A stretch of DNA of 64,000 bases from Ostrea edulis (lineage: Eukaryota): the NCBI RefSeq assembly GCF_947568905.1, contig NC_079168.1, positions 32,736,001 to 32,800,000 of the forward strand, read 5' to 3'. Below are positions 37,438-49,923 of the stretch, piece after piece. Position 1 is the stretch's first letter, and every line of letters starts with the position of its first letter. The position numbers and the translations under genes were made by a program. The notes beneath the pieces were generated by a model that was given only the letters and a program-made list of their open reading frames with translations, was not told the DNA's origin and made no database searches.

Positions 37438-38158
37438 CAGGGATGGGGTATTTGAAAAATGTAATTGTAATTTGCTGTATTTAAATACATTTTTATAAAG
37501 TAATTGGATATATTTGTAATTGACTTTGATTTCAATTACAAGTAATTGAATGTATTTAAATACATTTTTTAAAAAGTCAAGTATTTTAAATTATATTTTT
37601 AATTCAAACTGAAAATGATGGAATGAAAGTGTCTGATAATAATGGTGTTAGACTACTCGACTGTTTGTCATAGGATGTTTATGCAATAATTAGATGTCTC
37701 CCTATGTCTATAAACTTGATGCAGTGTGGCCACAGTGCCCAGGGCTATAGGTAAAGGGCTAATTGTGTTCAGGTGTTCACCCCTCTCATACCTGCAGTAC
37801 AAAGACACAAGTAAAACAAAAATACCCGAGCAGGAGTTCACTTCATTCAGATATTACATTTAGAACTAAACATGACTTTTAAATGTACTGGATGAATTTG
37901 ATGTCCTAGAAAATGCATCTGGAAATAGCCATTTTTTTTAGCAGAATTTTAATCCCTCAAAAAGCTTGAAGACAAATCATAGCAGGCTTTACGGTCAAGT
38001 CTTCCAAGACATTTTGAATTAAACTTAAGTAATTGAAATGTATTTAATCATATTCTTCAAAGTAATTTAGAGTAATTAAATACATTGATTAAAATCATTG
38101 TAATTGCAAGTAATTGACAAAATCATCAATATAATTTAAAATATTTAATTACATTTTG
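37438..38158. mobile_element. hAT-like MITE copy (right TIR mostly deleted)
   Basis: tcttcctc|cagggatgggg ... tg|tcttcctc. Confidence 0.7.
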
Positions 38159-38174
38159 TCTTCCTCTGTACAAA

Positions 38175-38476
38175 GAACCAACCATAGTAGTAACATGTAC
38201 TGATCAACCAACCATAGCAGTGACATTTACTGATCAACCAACCATAGCAGTAACATGTACTGATCAACCAACCATAGCAGTAACATGTACTGATCAACCA
38301 ACCATAGCAGTAACATGTACTGATCAACCAACCATAGCAGTAACATGTACTGATCAACCAACCATAGAAGTAACATGTACTGATCAACCAACCATAGCAG
38401 TAACATGTACTGATCAACCAACCATAGCAGTAACATGTACTGATCAACCAACCATAGCAGTAACATGTACTGATCA
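38175..38476. repeat. 30-bp minisatellite, ~10 copies
   Basis: Same unit as at 12256. Confidence 0.95.
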
Positions 38477-38633
38477 AGAAAACAATTTGTTGAAATATTC
38501 ATTACTTTATTACTGTGTTGTGCTGCTTGCACAGAATTTTTTAAAAAAATCACAAATTAAATTAAACCAAAAAACAGCCTGATTGACAGAGACCTACATT
38601 TCATACTTGAAGAAAAACAAATTACTCTATTAA

Positions 38634-41600
38634 GGTAGTACTCTACATCGTCATAATGGCTGACTTCCTTTAAAAACATGGATGAAAAAATCGATATCAG
38701 CAATATTTAACTTTTCCTTTTCCATTTAAGTACCTAGCCGAGTAGCTCAGTAGGTTAGAAGTACAAGTTGATATTGAAAAATATGAAGCAATCAAACAAG
38801 AATTGTCAGATTTTGAAAATGAAAAGTGTCAGGGTGCAATACTTAGATCAAAAGCACAGTGGGCAAATGAATCAGATAAATGCACGAAATATTTTTTGAA
38901 TTTAGAAAAACGAAGACAAGAATCAAATTCAGTAAAAGAATTGTTGAGTGACACAGAAGAAATAAAGAAGGATATTGATTCAATTTTAGAAATAGAGTAC
39001 AATTTCTATTCTAACTTATATTCATCAGTGCGAATTGACTATGAAAGTAAGGCACAGTTTTTGTCATATGTGAATAGAAAAATTGAAGGAAATGTGTGAA
39101 AGGGATATTAACAAAGAAGAAATTGAAACTGCAATCAAGGAAATGGCTAATAATAAAAGCCCAGGATCTGATGGGTTGACTGTTGAATTTTATAAAATGT
39201 TTTTACCACAATTAAGAGATATTCTACTCAATTTATTTAAAGAAATTAACAGAAAACAAACGATGTCTAACTCTATGAAAATGGGTGTTATTACGTTGTT
39301 ATACAAGAAGAAAGGAGATAAGAAATTGTTGAAAAACTGGAGGCCTATAAGCCTTTTAAATGTAGATTATAAGATAATAGCAAGAGTTATGGCAAATAGA
39401 CTGAAACAGGTATTACCAAATATTGTGTCTGAAACACAGACTTGTTGTATAATAGGAAGAGATATTGCAGATACTCTAGTTAGCATTAGAGATGTGATTG
39501 ATATGGTAGAGATGGATAATTTAGAGGGTTATGTGGTTAAAATTGATCAGGAAAAAGCTTTTGATAGAGTGAGTCATGAGTATTTACTTGATGTATTAGA
39601 AGTATTTGGTTTTGGAACCCAATTTAGAAAATGGGTACATATATTTTATACGGATATATACAGTAATGTAAAGTGTAATGGACATTTAACTAAATATTTT
39701 CCTATTAAAAATTCTGTTAGAGAAGGTTGTCCAATATCTGCATTATTATATGTTTTATCAACAGAACCTCTGAATTATGTCATGAAACAAAATACAGTAA
39801 TAAGAGGTATTCCAATACCAATGTCAGAAAAGAATGGGTTGATGTTGCAACATGCTGATGATACTACAATGACAGTGTGTGACAAAAATTCTGTTTTTGA
39901 AGTTTTCAAAGTATTTGACATGTATGAAAAAGCATCTGGTGCCAAAATAAACATTCACAAGTCTGAAATAATGTGTATAGGAACTGGTAGAAGTTTTGAA
40001 CAGGAAAAGATATCATTGAGTGTTTCTGAGACAAGTGTCATGAAAATTCTTGGTATTTATTTTGGCAAAAATGGAGTAGAGTGTGAAAATTTAAATTGGA
40101 GAGACAAAGTTAGAAACATTAGGCAAACTCTTAATTTATGGAGACAGAGATCCTTAGCAGTTCAAGGTAGAGCCACTTTAATTAATACCTTGTTTATGTC
40201 TAAATTATGGTACTCATTGTCAGTTATATCGATTCCACAATGGGCTAGAGACAGTATTCAAAAGGAGTGTACCAATTTTTTATGGAATTTTGGCTCACAC
40301 TTGGTATCTTATAAAACAATAATTGGTGAAAAACACAATGGTGGTTTGAAAATAGCTGATATCTATCTAAAAATGTTATCATTTAGACTAAAGTTTCTTG
40401 CAAAGCACTTTTGTTGTAATAAAGATTTTCTGTGGAAACATATTTTTAGATATTTCCTATCAAAGATTCAAAATTTAGGAGCAGGAATGGAAATATTTTT
40501 ACTACAGTTTAAGAAAACAGATTTTGAGGGTCTACCACAGTTTTACAATGAATTATTTTGTGCATGGTATTCCATATAAGATTATATCATTGTTACAGAA
40601 AAAGAAAATGATGTTTTTAATTATTGTCTGTTTTTTAATCCGAAAGTACAAAGAAGAAACAAAATGTTGAATTGGAAAGATTTTATTAGTGCTAGTATTA
40701 CACATGTCAAGGATATTTCATATGAAGTAATTCCGGGATTTTTACCAATATCATGTATTGTGGAGATTTTTCAAGAACAAAATTCAGAGGTAAATGTCTC
40801 ACTGATTACAAAAAATTATAAGGATTTGTTATTATCTATTCCAGAAGAATGGAAAAATTATGTTCATGAAAATGAGTACAAAAGAACATGCTTTCAGCCA
40901 AATTTTGATATTTCATATAGAGATCAAAGGATAGTGTTCCAATCCGGTACAGTACAAATATTTTATAATTTGTTAGTTCAAAAAATGTTTCAAGAACCGG
41001 TGTCAAATATTTATTGACGAGATAAACTTGATATGAATGATAAATCATCCATTGAAAAGCGATGGGAAACGGTATGGGTGTTATAAAAAACACCAGATAT
41101 TCCTGAACTGGATTTCAAAATTTTTCACAATATTATATTTACATATGAGAAACTTTTTAAGATAGGGAAGTCTGATTCTAAAATATTTCCAATTTGTATG
41201 CTAGAATGCGAGGATATAATGCATTTATTTATTAGATGTAAAGAGTTGGCTGAATTTAAGAACAATTTTGTTATTTATCATCTTGAATCGTTATTGAAAG
41301 ATTGTGAAAGTGATGTTTTTAACAGATTAAACTTTGAAGAAATATTCATGACAGCATTACATAAGGGTATCAAAAACGTGAATGTATTTTTTGTAAATTA
41401 TTTTATATCAGTATGCAGATTTTGTATTTATAGAAGAAGACAGATTTTTTTGCAAAGTGAAAAGAAAATTGATATTGAAAGGCTTTGTAGATATACATTG
41501 AGACATTACATTTCATATAACCATTATCAATTGACTGTTTTAGAAAAGAAAATGAACCTGTTTAAAAAGTTTTTCTTACATAGAAATCCTCTATTGAAAG

Positions 41601-42093
41601 AAACAGAGGGAATATTATTGTTCATATTTTAGATACAAAGTGTTTTAAATGTGATTGTAACTGATGATTAGTCTGTGATATCTGTTTAAATGTTAATCAA
41701 TAAAAGAGAAAACAAAAAGGACGTAGAATTTAAAGGGTAAAAAAGAAGTCATCTTTTTTTAACGACCGGGTTCGAATCCCTCACGGGCACAGGATTTCTT
41801 TTTTCAATATTACGTTTTCCATCTAGATTTTTTTCTTAATATCAAACACACTTGCAATGTACTGAGTTTGAAATAAAATCCCAACCTAGAAAAAAAAAAG
41901 AATGCCGACTGCTGAACTGTAGGTCGCAGGTTCGAGTCCAGCAGGGGTTTTAAATTTTTTTCAGATTACCTTCTACTAAAACTGTATTTTTTGACAAAAT
42001 GAAGTAAATTTGAAAATTTTCAACTTCAAAATATTGTTGTACATATCCTCCACTTTTCATCCACATCAAATACCTCTGGTGTAGCATACCTCC
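38634..42093. mobile_element. TTAA-flanked (Kolobok-like) non-autonomous element carrying a tRNA-like sequence; hosts the Tx1-like LINE
   Basis: ttaa|ggtagtactctacatc ... ggtgtagcatacctcc|ttaa. tRNA-like halves at 38737-38760 and 41900-41947 flank the LINE. Confidence 0.55.
38761..41899 (+). mobile_element. 5'-truncated, decayed Tx1/L1-clade LINE (ORF2)
   Basis: GAILRSK..W..E..TKYFLNLEK, NKSPGSDGL, NWRPISLLNVDYKI, DQEKAFDRVSH, HADD and C-terminal C..E...HLF..C motifs. Frameshift near 39090 and several stops; AATAAA at ~41699 and ~41874, poly(A) at 41890-41899. Confidence 0.88.
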
Positions 42094-42133
42094 TTAACTA
42101 CAGTTCTAAAATACCGATTTTCTCTGTTGACAG

Positions 42134-42216
42134 GTTACGTCTTCATCATAGCCACCACAGCAATCATCAACAGCGCCACCATCCTGGAGTCTGTCATGGA
42201 GAGACCACCCATATAA
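42134..42216 (+). pseudogene. VPS33B: VPS33B-like terminal exon, copy C, inverted relative to its partner exon
   Basis: ttgacAG|GTTACGTC...ATATAA on the + strand (GYVFIIATTAIINSATILESVMERPPI*), inside an inverted segment 42094-42455. Confidence 0.85.
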
Positions 42217-43868
42217 TTCATCGTCATATAGATTATCGTTTTATAGTTAATCATTTTTGTCATATAATTTATCATCGTCATTTAGACTGTTATTTTTGTC
42301 AGTAACTGTATTTAAAGGAAGTGAACATGAAAAAAATGTTTGTTGCATAATAAATTTAAAAGACCTCCTGAAACTGAATAGTGTGACCTAAATCTAATTT
42401 GCTTGTTCCTATTACGAGATTTGATCAATTAAACACTCTAAGTTAAAGGTTTATGTGACAAGAAGGGAGAAAATGCAACGGATCAGACCGGGATTCAAAT
42501 CCGGGCTCTTTAAATCTCTGGTCAGGTGCTCTACAAACTGAGCTAGCTAACCTGTCTGACTCTCACAATACAAAGAAACTTTTCATTTACCCCTTATGCA
42601 AACTAGATGTATCTGAGCGACATGAATAAGGACATGTCTAAGGGCCATAACTCTGTCAACAGTCATCCAACTGCCCCCATATACGTACTTGACAATGATG
42701 TATTTATATCCCAAATTTCAATTCAAAATTTCCCTGTATGATGGAGATAATGAATGGAAACTGAATTGTTAAAAACTTTTCAAAAGTCCAAGGGGTCCAA
42801 CTTTTCCAATTTTAATCCACTAGAACAAAATACAAACTTGACCTGGATATTTTCAGGATGTAATCTATATACCAAATTTCATTTCAAAATATTCATGTAT
42901 GACCAAAGTGATAAGCAGAGACTTTGAATTGTTTGAAATTTTCTTGACACAAGGGGCATAACGACAGGAAGGAAATGGGTAACTATATATACACACTAAA
43001 GTATATTATATAATATCTATTGATTGTGGATCAGATCATCAAACGAAAGGGATGTGTCCTAATTCGCTCCCTAGAAAACATTGATTAGCAAGCCAGAACA
43101 TGGTATTTGCAGGGTAAATAATTTTGTAGATTTAGTGTAGTTTTAGTGATAGTGTTATTTGAGTGTCTTTAGCCATCTGATGAATTTAAAGAAAACACAA
43201 TGTATGTTATATTATTATTATTGTAAGTTATTTCATTTGTCCTGAGCAAGAGATGGGTCATTTCAAATACAGTAAAACACGGTTATAGCAAACCTTCAGG
43301 GCCAGCCAAAAAACAGTTCATTATAACCAAACTTCGTTATATTCAGTGAATTTTTCGTTATTTTCTTACCATAAGGGAATAGGTATTACTCCGCAATAAA
43401 CGTTAATTCGTTATAAACGTGTTTTACTGTACCTTAACAAATGTTTCAATGAACAGAAATCTCATCCATGTCTTAGCAGAATAGAATTTCATCTGTAGTC
43501 ACAAAACACAGTCTACTCTACTTATAATGAAGCCAACTATATTGAACTTACAGTTATATTGAAGTATAAATAAATCCCAAATAACATTATTTATATATTT
43601 TAACATCGTTTATATTAAACTTTCGATATAATGAACACTTCAAGTTGTTCCCTGAATTTTGATTTATATAGAGTAGACTGTATGCAAGACAAAATACAAA
43701 TATACGTGTCAAACAAACCAATCAATGCCACAGTAATTACAAAGTAATCAGGATTTAGATCTCATATCAATTCATTAGAGTTTACTAACAAAAATGCCAG
43801 GTTTAATCTGAAAGAAATCTGTCTTTTTCATTAATGTGAGCTTTACAAATGCTAAAACTATTTCTCAC

Positions 43869-43979
43869 CTTTGAGTTTACCAAGGAATCGGAGGGCCGCT
43901 ATTTCAGAGTGAGTACAACCTCCCAAGAAATAGACGAGGACAACTTTACTGACCGGGCGATCTTGTCGTGCTGATTTAC
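43869..43979 (-). CDS. VPS33B: VPS33B-like penultimate exon, copy C
   Basis: 111 nt, AG/GTGAG intact, open frame. Confidence 0.8.
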
Positions 43980-45578
43980 CTGTCAAGTCAATAACAAAAT
44001 TATCACAAATCTACCATGCAATATAACTTTCCTTACCACAAGGAATACTAGTCCTAAGGAAATGTATTTTACATTTGTTTCTCTTGACAACTGTGCTTAT
44101 TTTTATTTAGTATGGTTTACTGTAGATCTGGTAATTCAAAAATACATTCCTTTTATAAAGAATTGCGATGTAAATGTTTTTCTCCTTTCACGAATTTTCC
44201 CAAGAATGGAAATTTTGACATTTTTATATTAGATGAAATTTCTTCATCTACCTCAAAATCCAAAATTACAAGATACACAGTACCAAGGTATAACTGTTGC
44301 CAAATTTGAACCTGGAAGATAGAATAATCAGTCAATTTCAAATTTCCTATTTTTCATGTAATACAAAAATAATGAAAGTTGTGATATTGGAGTGAACACG
44401 CGAATATCGCATTCATAGTCATGTGGCATACATTTACACACAGTACATACATGAGGTGCAACACACACACAGTACATACATGAGGTGCAACACACCCAAT
44501 ACACATATATGAGGTACCACACACAGTACATACATGAGGATATCCCATGAAAGCTCACGTGCTTATTTCCATGGGAAATGAACGAATTTTCTTTTTGGTT
44601 GTTGGTTACTTCGGAACAAAGACATGCAAACATTGTATAGGTCTCTAATACAATATGCCTAAAACATTGAAAACGAAATTAGAATCTCGTGGATGCATAT
44701 ATAAGTATATACTGAAATAAATAGTAAACAATGCAAGGTGAAGATAACGAACAGTGATACATTGGTCACATGAAATATTTTCCCAACTGATTTCTCGTCA
44801 TCATCTTATATACATGTACAGCGTCGTGCCATATTTTACTATATACAATGTAATTCATTGAAAACAACCACTTTTCTAAATCCTTTTTATAAACTTATCA
44901 ATATTCCATTATACTAAGTTTTACACCATTAACATCTAGAGTTTGTGGTTTTAGTGTCTTACTCACAAAACAACTGTACACATATCATATGAATGTAAGA
45001 ACACCACACTCAAGGTTTTCGTTTAACTCTTATATACAAAGGATTATATAAAGAAATGGAATGCTAAAAGTTGATGTTAAAGTTTCTTTGGTCATATTTC
45101 TGTAATTGTTAGGAAAAGAACTCAGGATGATTGCTTAAACAAAGAATATTTTTCAATTTAGCGAACATGAAAGTTGACACATTTATGGCACCACGCTGTA
45201 CATCAGTCCTATATTGTCTGTTCTTTGAATGGGTTTTCTTTCCCCAACAAAACCTATTTTATCCCATGTATTTTTTCTTCGGTTTGGAATGGCGGATTTT
45301 TTATCCAGTAAAACTGATTTTATCCCATGTATCATTTTTTAAGTTGTGTTTTCATCTTTGTTGTATCTTCACTAGATAAAGGTTTTTTGTCCACTACGCT
45401 CCCCATAAAACCCTTGGCTAGTGAAGATGCCTTTGTACAGCCCAAAATGTGAGTGTAAGGAACGATAACTCTGGGTAGCTAGCTACAGTGAATAATCATA
45501 TCGGACTCAAAATTACAAATTGATTCAAATAGTTCAACTTTCGTTTTGATTTCGTGCTAAATCATGATTTAGGACGTT

Positions 45579-47447
45579 ATGGCCACTGTCACTTCAAACA
45601 CCTATTGTGATATGACGGTATGTTCTATTTGTTTGGAACGGTACAAATCACCAAGGTATTTACCGTGCACACACACTTTCTGTCATCCGTGTCTACTGTC
45701 ACACATCAAGTCGTCGTGTACGGACTGCAGTCTACCGCTCGGATTTCCATGTCCACTGTGTAGAACGTTCGTCTCCGCGCCTGGTAATGTTGGCCAGTTC
45801 ACTCCAGAAGAATGGGCAGACAGATTTCCAGAAAACCGATTTATGAGTTCCGTTACAAATAAATACGAGCCTTGTGACATTGATGGAGACAACAAACCTG
45901 CTAGTGGTTGGTGCAGGGACTGCTCGGAGGCTTTGTGCGAGGAGTGTCTTCAGTGGCACAAAAAATTCAAACCTTCTAGAAATCATGAAATAGTTCCTCT
46001 CACTGAAGGGGCTATTCCTTCTACTTCTACCTCCTCACTGGACATGTGCGAGGATCACGAGGGGCGAAAAATTGAAATGTTTTGTGAAAGTCATCTCGCA
46101 CCATGTTGTGTCCTCTGTGTTACAACAGAACACGGTAAATGTAAAAGCATTTGTTTGATAGAGGAAGCGACCGATAAAGTAATAAAACCTGGGAAAGTAA
46201 AACTCTTGCGAGATGATGTCGATCGACTTGAAGTCATGTTAGAAAAGGTTATTACTGCAGAGAAAGCCAACATCCAAGAAATCGAAGATGTAGCCGACAA
46301 GTTACGGGAAGAAATTTCGGGAGCGAAAGCAGCCATTATTGAAACTGTAACAAAGCTGGAGGAACAACATTTAAACGAAGTAGGAAAAGCAACCAAAGAT
46401 GCTAAAGCAAAACTTCAAAAATCAATCAACACTTTCGAACAGAGGCAATGTTATCTTCGCCATTGGAAAGAAATACTCGGGAAAAATTTATTCACTGATG
46501 GGTCACCAAAAACAATTGTCGCATTGTCTTATACCAAAATGGAACGAATATTTCAAACTTTGAGAGAAATGGAAATGTCTCAGCTCAGATTTGGAATTCA
46601 AGCCAAGATACAAGATGACGTTAAGAAATTGATGAAGTTACCTTTGCTTGCAGAAATTACCACAAATGAACACAAAAGCCCTGTAATGCTAGATGAAATT
46701 GATATAGAAAATGCTGAAATCAACGCGATTTCTGAATTTACGATTGATGGTGCTAATTTTACAGGAGGGGTTTATCTCCAGAATGGGGAATTAGTACTGG
46801 CTGATCATAAAAACAAGAGACTCGTTCACTGTAGAACAGATGGGGAGATTCTGAGAAAGATGCCTCTGCAAGGTGCTCCATGGGATATTTGTGTCAACGA
46901 AGAAAATGATATTTATGTAACACTTTCTAGAGGAAAGAAAATTTTAGTTATTAGTATTGATGCATTCAACACGACAAAAACTGTTGAAGTTGATATTGAG
47001 TGCCGTGGAATAGCACAGTCAGGCAACACTATTGCAGTAGGTTGTATAAATGTTCTAGACGTATTAAGTGCGGATTTTCGAAAATGTAGGAGTTCAAGCG
47101 ATGTAAAAGGATTGTACGATGTAGCAGTAGATATGGAGGAAAATATCATTTATTCGAGTTACACCAAACACAAAGTCTGGAAACAGGACAGAGAAGGAAA
47201 TGTCTTGTTCACATACAGTGATACAGAATTACAACATCCATATGGATTAACAGTGAACAGGATTGGGAATATATATGTGAATGGTAAAGGCAGCAACAAT
47301 ATACACATACTCTCACAGACCGGTAAAAAGTTAAGAATTCTGAATGACGTGAGGGAGCCACAATGTATTAAATTCCAGGAGAACACGCACAGATTCTTTG
47401 TCGGTGAGGCACGGGGACGGGTGAAAATATTTGAATTTATTGCATGA
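45579..47447 (+). CDS. TRIM array member (B-box1 first Cys->Tyr)
   Basis: 622-aa ATG ORF; RING intact; NKYEPC instead of NKCEPC. Confidence 0.92.
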   Translation: MATVTSNTYCDMTVCSICLERYKSPRYLPCTHTFCHPCLLSHIKSSCTDCSLPLGFPCPLCRTFVSAPGNVGQFTPEEWADRFPENRFMSSVTNKYEPCDIDGDNKPASGWCRDCSEALCEECLQWHKKFKPSRNHEIVPLTEGAIPSTSTSSLDMCEDHEGRKIEMFCESHLAPCCVLCVTTEHGKCKSICLIEEATDKVIKPGKVKLLRDDVDRLEVMLEKVITAEKANIQEIEDVADKLREEISGAKAAIIETVTKLEEQHLNEVGKATKDAKAKLQKSINTFEQRQCYLRHWKEILGKNLFTDGSPKTIVALSYTKMERIFQTLREMEMSQLRFGIQAKIQDDVKKLMKLPLLAEITTNEHKSPVMLDEIDIENAEINAISEFTIDGANFTGGVYLQNGELVLADHKNKRLVHCRTDGEILRKMPLQGAPWDICVNEENDIYVTLSRGKKILVISIDAFNTTKTVEVDIECRGIAQSGNTIAVGCINVLDVLSADFRKCRSSSDVKGLYDVAVDMEENIIYSSYTKHKVWKQDREGNVLFTYSDTELQHPYGLTVNRIGNIYVNGKGSNNIHILSQTGKKLRILNDVREPQCIKFQENTHRFFVGEARGRVKIFEFIA

Positions 47448-48127
47448 AACTTTCACCGAGTGATTGCTGAAATGAAAGTTGAAGGTCTCCTTCTGAGTTT
47501 TAGTTTGAAGTCAAAAGAAACAAAGACAATAACATGCATATTTTTTCTTCTTTCAATTGATCATACTGTATTTACTCATTTAATATATAAAACGGAAATA
47601 AAATTATAGACAAAATGTTCTTACTTTATTCTATTGAGATGATAGAAGTTTATCGCGGAAGTACAAGTGAATATAAGGAATTTAGCTGCCCCACTCCCAG
47701 GAGTCACCCAGGTGACCTATTGCTATTATTGTTCGTCCATCATCAATTGTGCGTTAAGATTTAAACAATTTGAACTTCTTCATGATAGCTACCCTTTCAA
47801 TTCTTTTGAAATTTTGTATATGAAGCACCTTTGGGATGGGGTGGCTTAAACTTTAAATTTTCCGGTCCTACACCCTCGGGGCCCTTAGGATCAAGGCGAA
47901 AACTGCCACAAATTGACCAATATTCACAAATCTTCTGAGTTCTCTACAACTGCACAGGTGTAAGACAAACTGCATGGTCATGCAGGGCAGGAATTCGAGG
48001 CTTGTACTAAAATTGTAAATTTCATGATCTCTGGGGTAGAGGTTCTGACTCCGGGGCAGGGCCAAGTTATATAGAACCAACTAGTATGTACTACATCACA
48101 AGTCTAGAGATCCTTTACATCTCCCTC

Positions 48128-48834
48128 CAGGGATGGGGTAATTGAAAAATGTAATTGTAATTAGCTGTATTTTTAAAATACTTTTTTATAAAGTAATTGG
48201 ATGTATTTGTAATTGACTTTGCTTTTAATTACAAGTAATTGAATAAATACATTCCAAAAGAGTCAAGTATTTTCATTTACATTTTTTATTCAAACTTAAA
48301 AGTCTGAAAATGATAGAATGAAATTGTCTGATAATAATGGTGTTAGACTGTTTTACTGTTTGTCATGGGGTGTTTATGCAATAATCAGATGTCTATTTAC
48401 TTGATGCAGCATGGCCACAGTGTCCAGGGCTATAGGTGAAGGGCTAATTGTGTTCAGGTGTGCACCCCTCTCATACCTGAGTACAAAGACACAAGTAGAA
48501 AAAGTACCCAAGCCAGAGTTCACTTCATTCAGATAATTTAGAATTAAACATGACTTAAAATGTACTGAATGAATTTGATGTCCCAGAAAATGCATCTGAA
48601 AATTTCAAAGACTTTTCTTTAAGCAGAATCCCTCAAAAAGCTTGGAAGACAAATCAAAGCAGGCTTGACGGTCAAGTCTTCCAAGATATTTTGAAATAAA
48701 CTTAAGTAATTGAAATGTATTTAATTATATTCTTCAAAGTAATTTAGAGTAAAATTACCATGGTTAAAATCAATGTAATTGCAAGTAATTGACAAAATCA
48801 TCAATATAATTAAGAGTAATTAACCCCATCCCTG
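48128..48834. mobile_element. hAT-like MITE copy
   Basis: Same TIR and 8-bp TSD as 10337-12237, without the nested MITE. Confidence 0.78.
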
Positions 48835-49840
48835 TCTTCCTCTGTACAAAGAACCAACCATAGCAGTAACATTTACTTATTAAGAAAACAATTTGTTGAA
48901 ATATTCATTACTTTATTACTGTGTTGTATTGCTTGCACATAATTTTAAACATTTTCACAAATCAAACCAAAAATCAGTTTCATCAACAGAGACCTACATT
49001 TCACACTTGAAGAAAAACAATTACTCTATCAACAAACAACTTACTACATCTACAATAGATGGTAAGCTTATAATGAAAATTTATGAGCCATTACTTTCAT
49101 ATTTTAAATAATTGCATCATAGGGCAACATTCTAGAACAAAATAGGAAGTGCATATGTAGGCACAGAGCCAGGAGTTTTCAGAGGGGTGTGTGAATCCCT
49201 TGGATTTTCCTTAATGGTTTTCATTTTTGGAATGTTAAGGGTTTTTATCCCTAACTATATGAAATAAGAGATTTGATAGAAAACAGATTGTGGGTAAAAA
49301 TGAATACCCCAATAACGTAATGATAACTACTAGAGATAAATAAATATACTATTTTCCAATATTTTTTATTGGATAGTATTAAACAATTTTCAACGCAGTG
49401 TACGAATACACCCCTCTGCTTAAAAGGGCTTGTGCGATTCTCTCTTGCACTCTCTTCCTGGAATTTTTTGCAATCGGAGTCTAATTTTTCAGTCTGACAG
49501 TACCAATATATTAAACTCCCATCCAAATGAATTGTGGATAGTCACTTAACTGTAGATAAATCACTGAGTAACTACCAGTCCCAATGGTTCAGTAACTGGA
49601 GATAAATGACAGAGTCACTACCAGTCCCAATGGTTCAGTAACTGGAGTTAAATCACTGAGTGACAACCAGTCACAATGGTTCAGTGTAATTATTGACATT
49701 GCTCAATGCTTCACTCAAACGAAGTCACTTACAATCTATACAGTTTAAATACAGTTATTGACAAAAATAACAGTCTATATGACGATGATAAATTATATGA
49801 CAAAAATGATTAACTACATAACAACAATCTATATGATGAA

Positions 49841-49923
49841 TTATATGGGTGGTCTCTCCATGACGGACTCCAGCATGGTGACGCTGTTGATGATTGCTGT
49901 GGTGGCTATGATAAAGACGTAAC
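49841..49923 (-). CDS. VPS33B: VPS33B-like terminal exon, copy D
   Basis: 83 nt, AG acceptor, GYVFIIATTAIINSVTMLESVMERPPI*; minus-strand AATAAA at 49365-49370. Confidence 0.82.

Noticed and set aside
38175-38476. CRISPR-like array
   Set aside because: The 30-bp units abut with no unique spacers, there are no cas genes and the context is eukaryotic.
38145-38582. Repetitive ORFs on both strands (also 12183, 56431-56898, 27122-27759, 28235)
   Set aside because: These are translations of 30-bp and ~24-bp minisatellites; repeat length divisible by 3 or low complexity explains the open frames.
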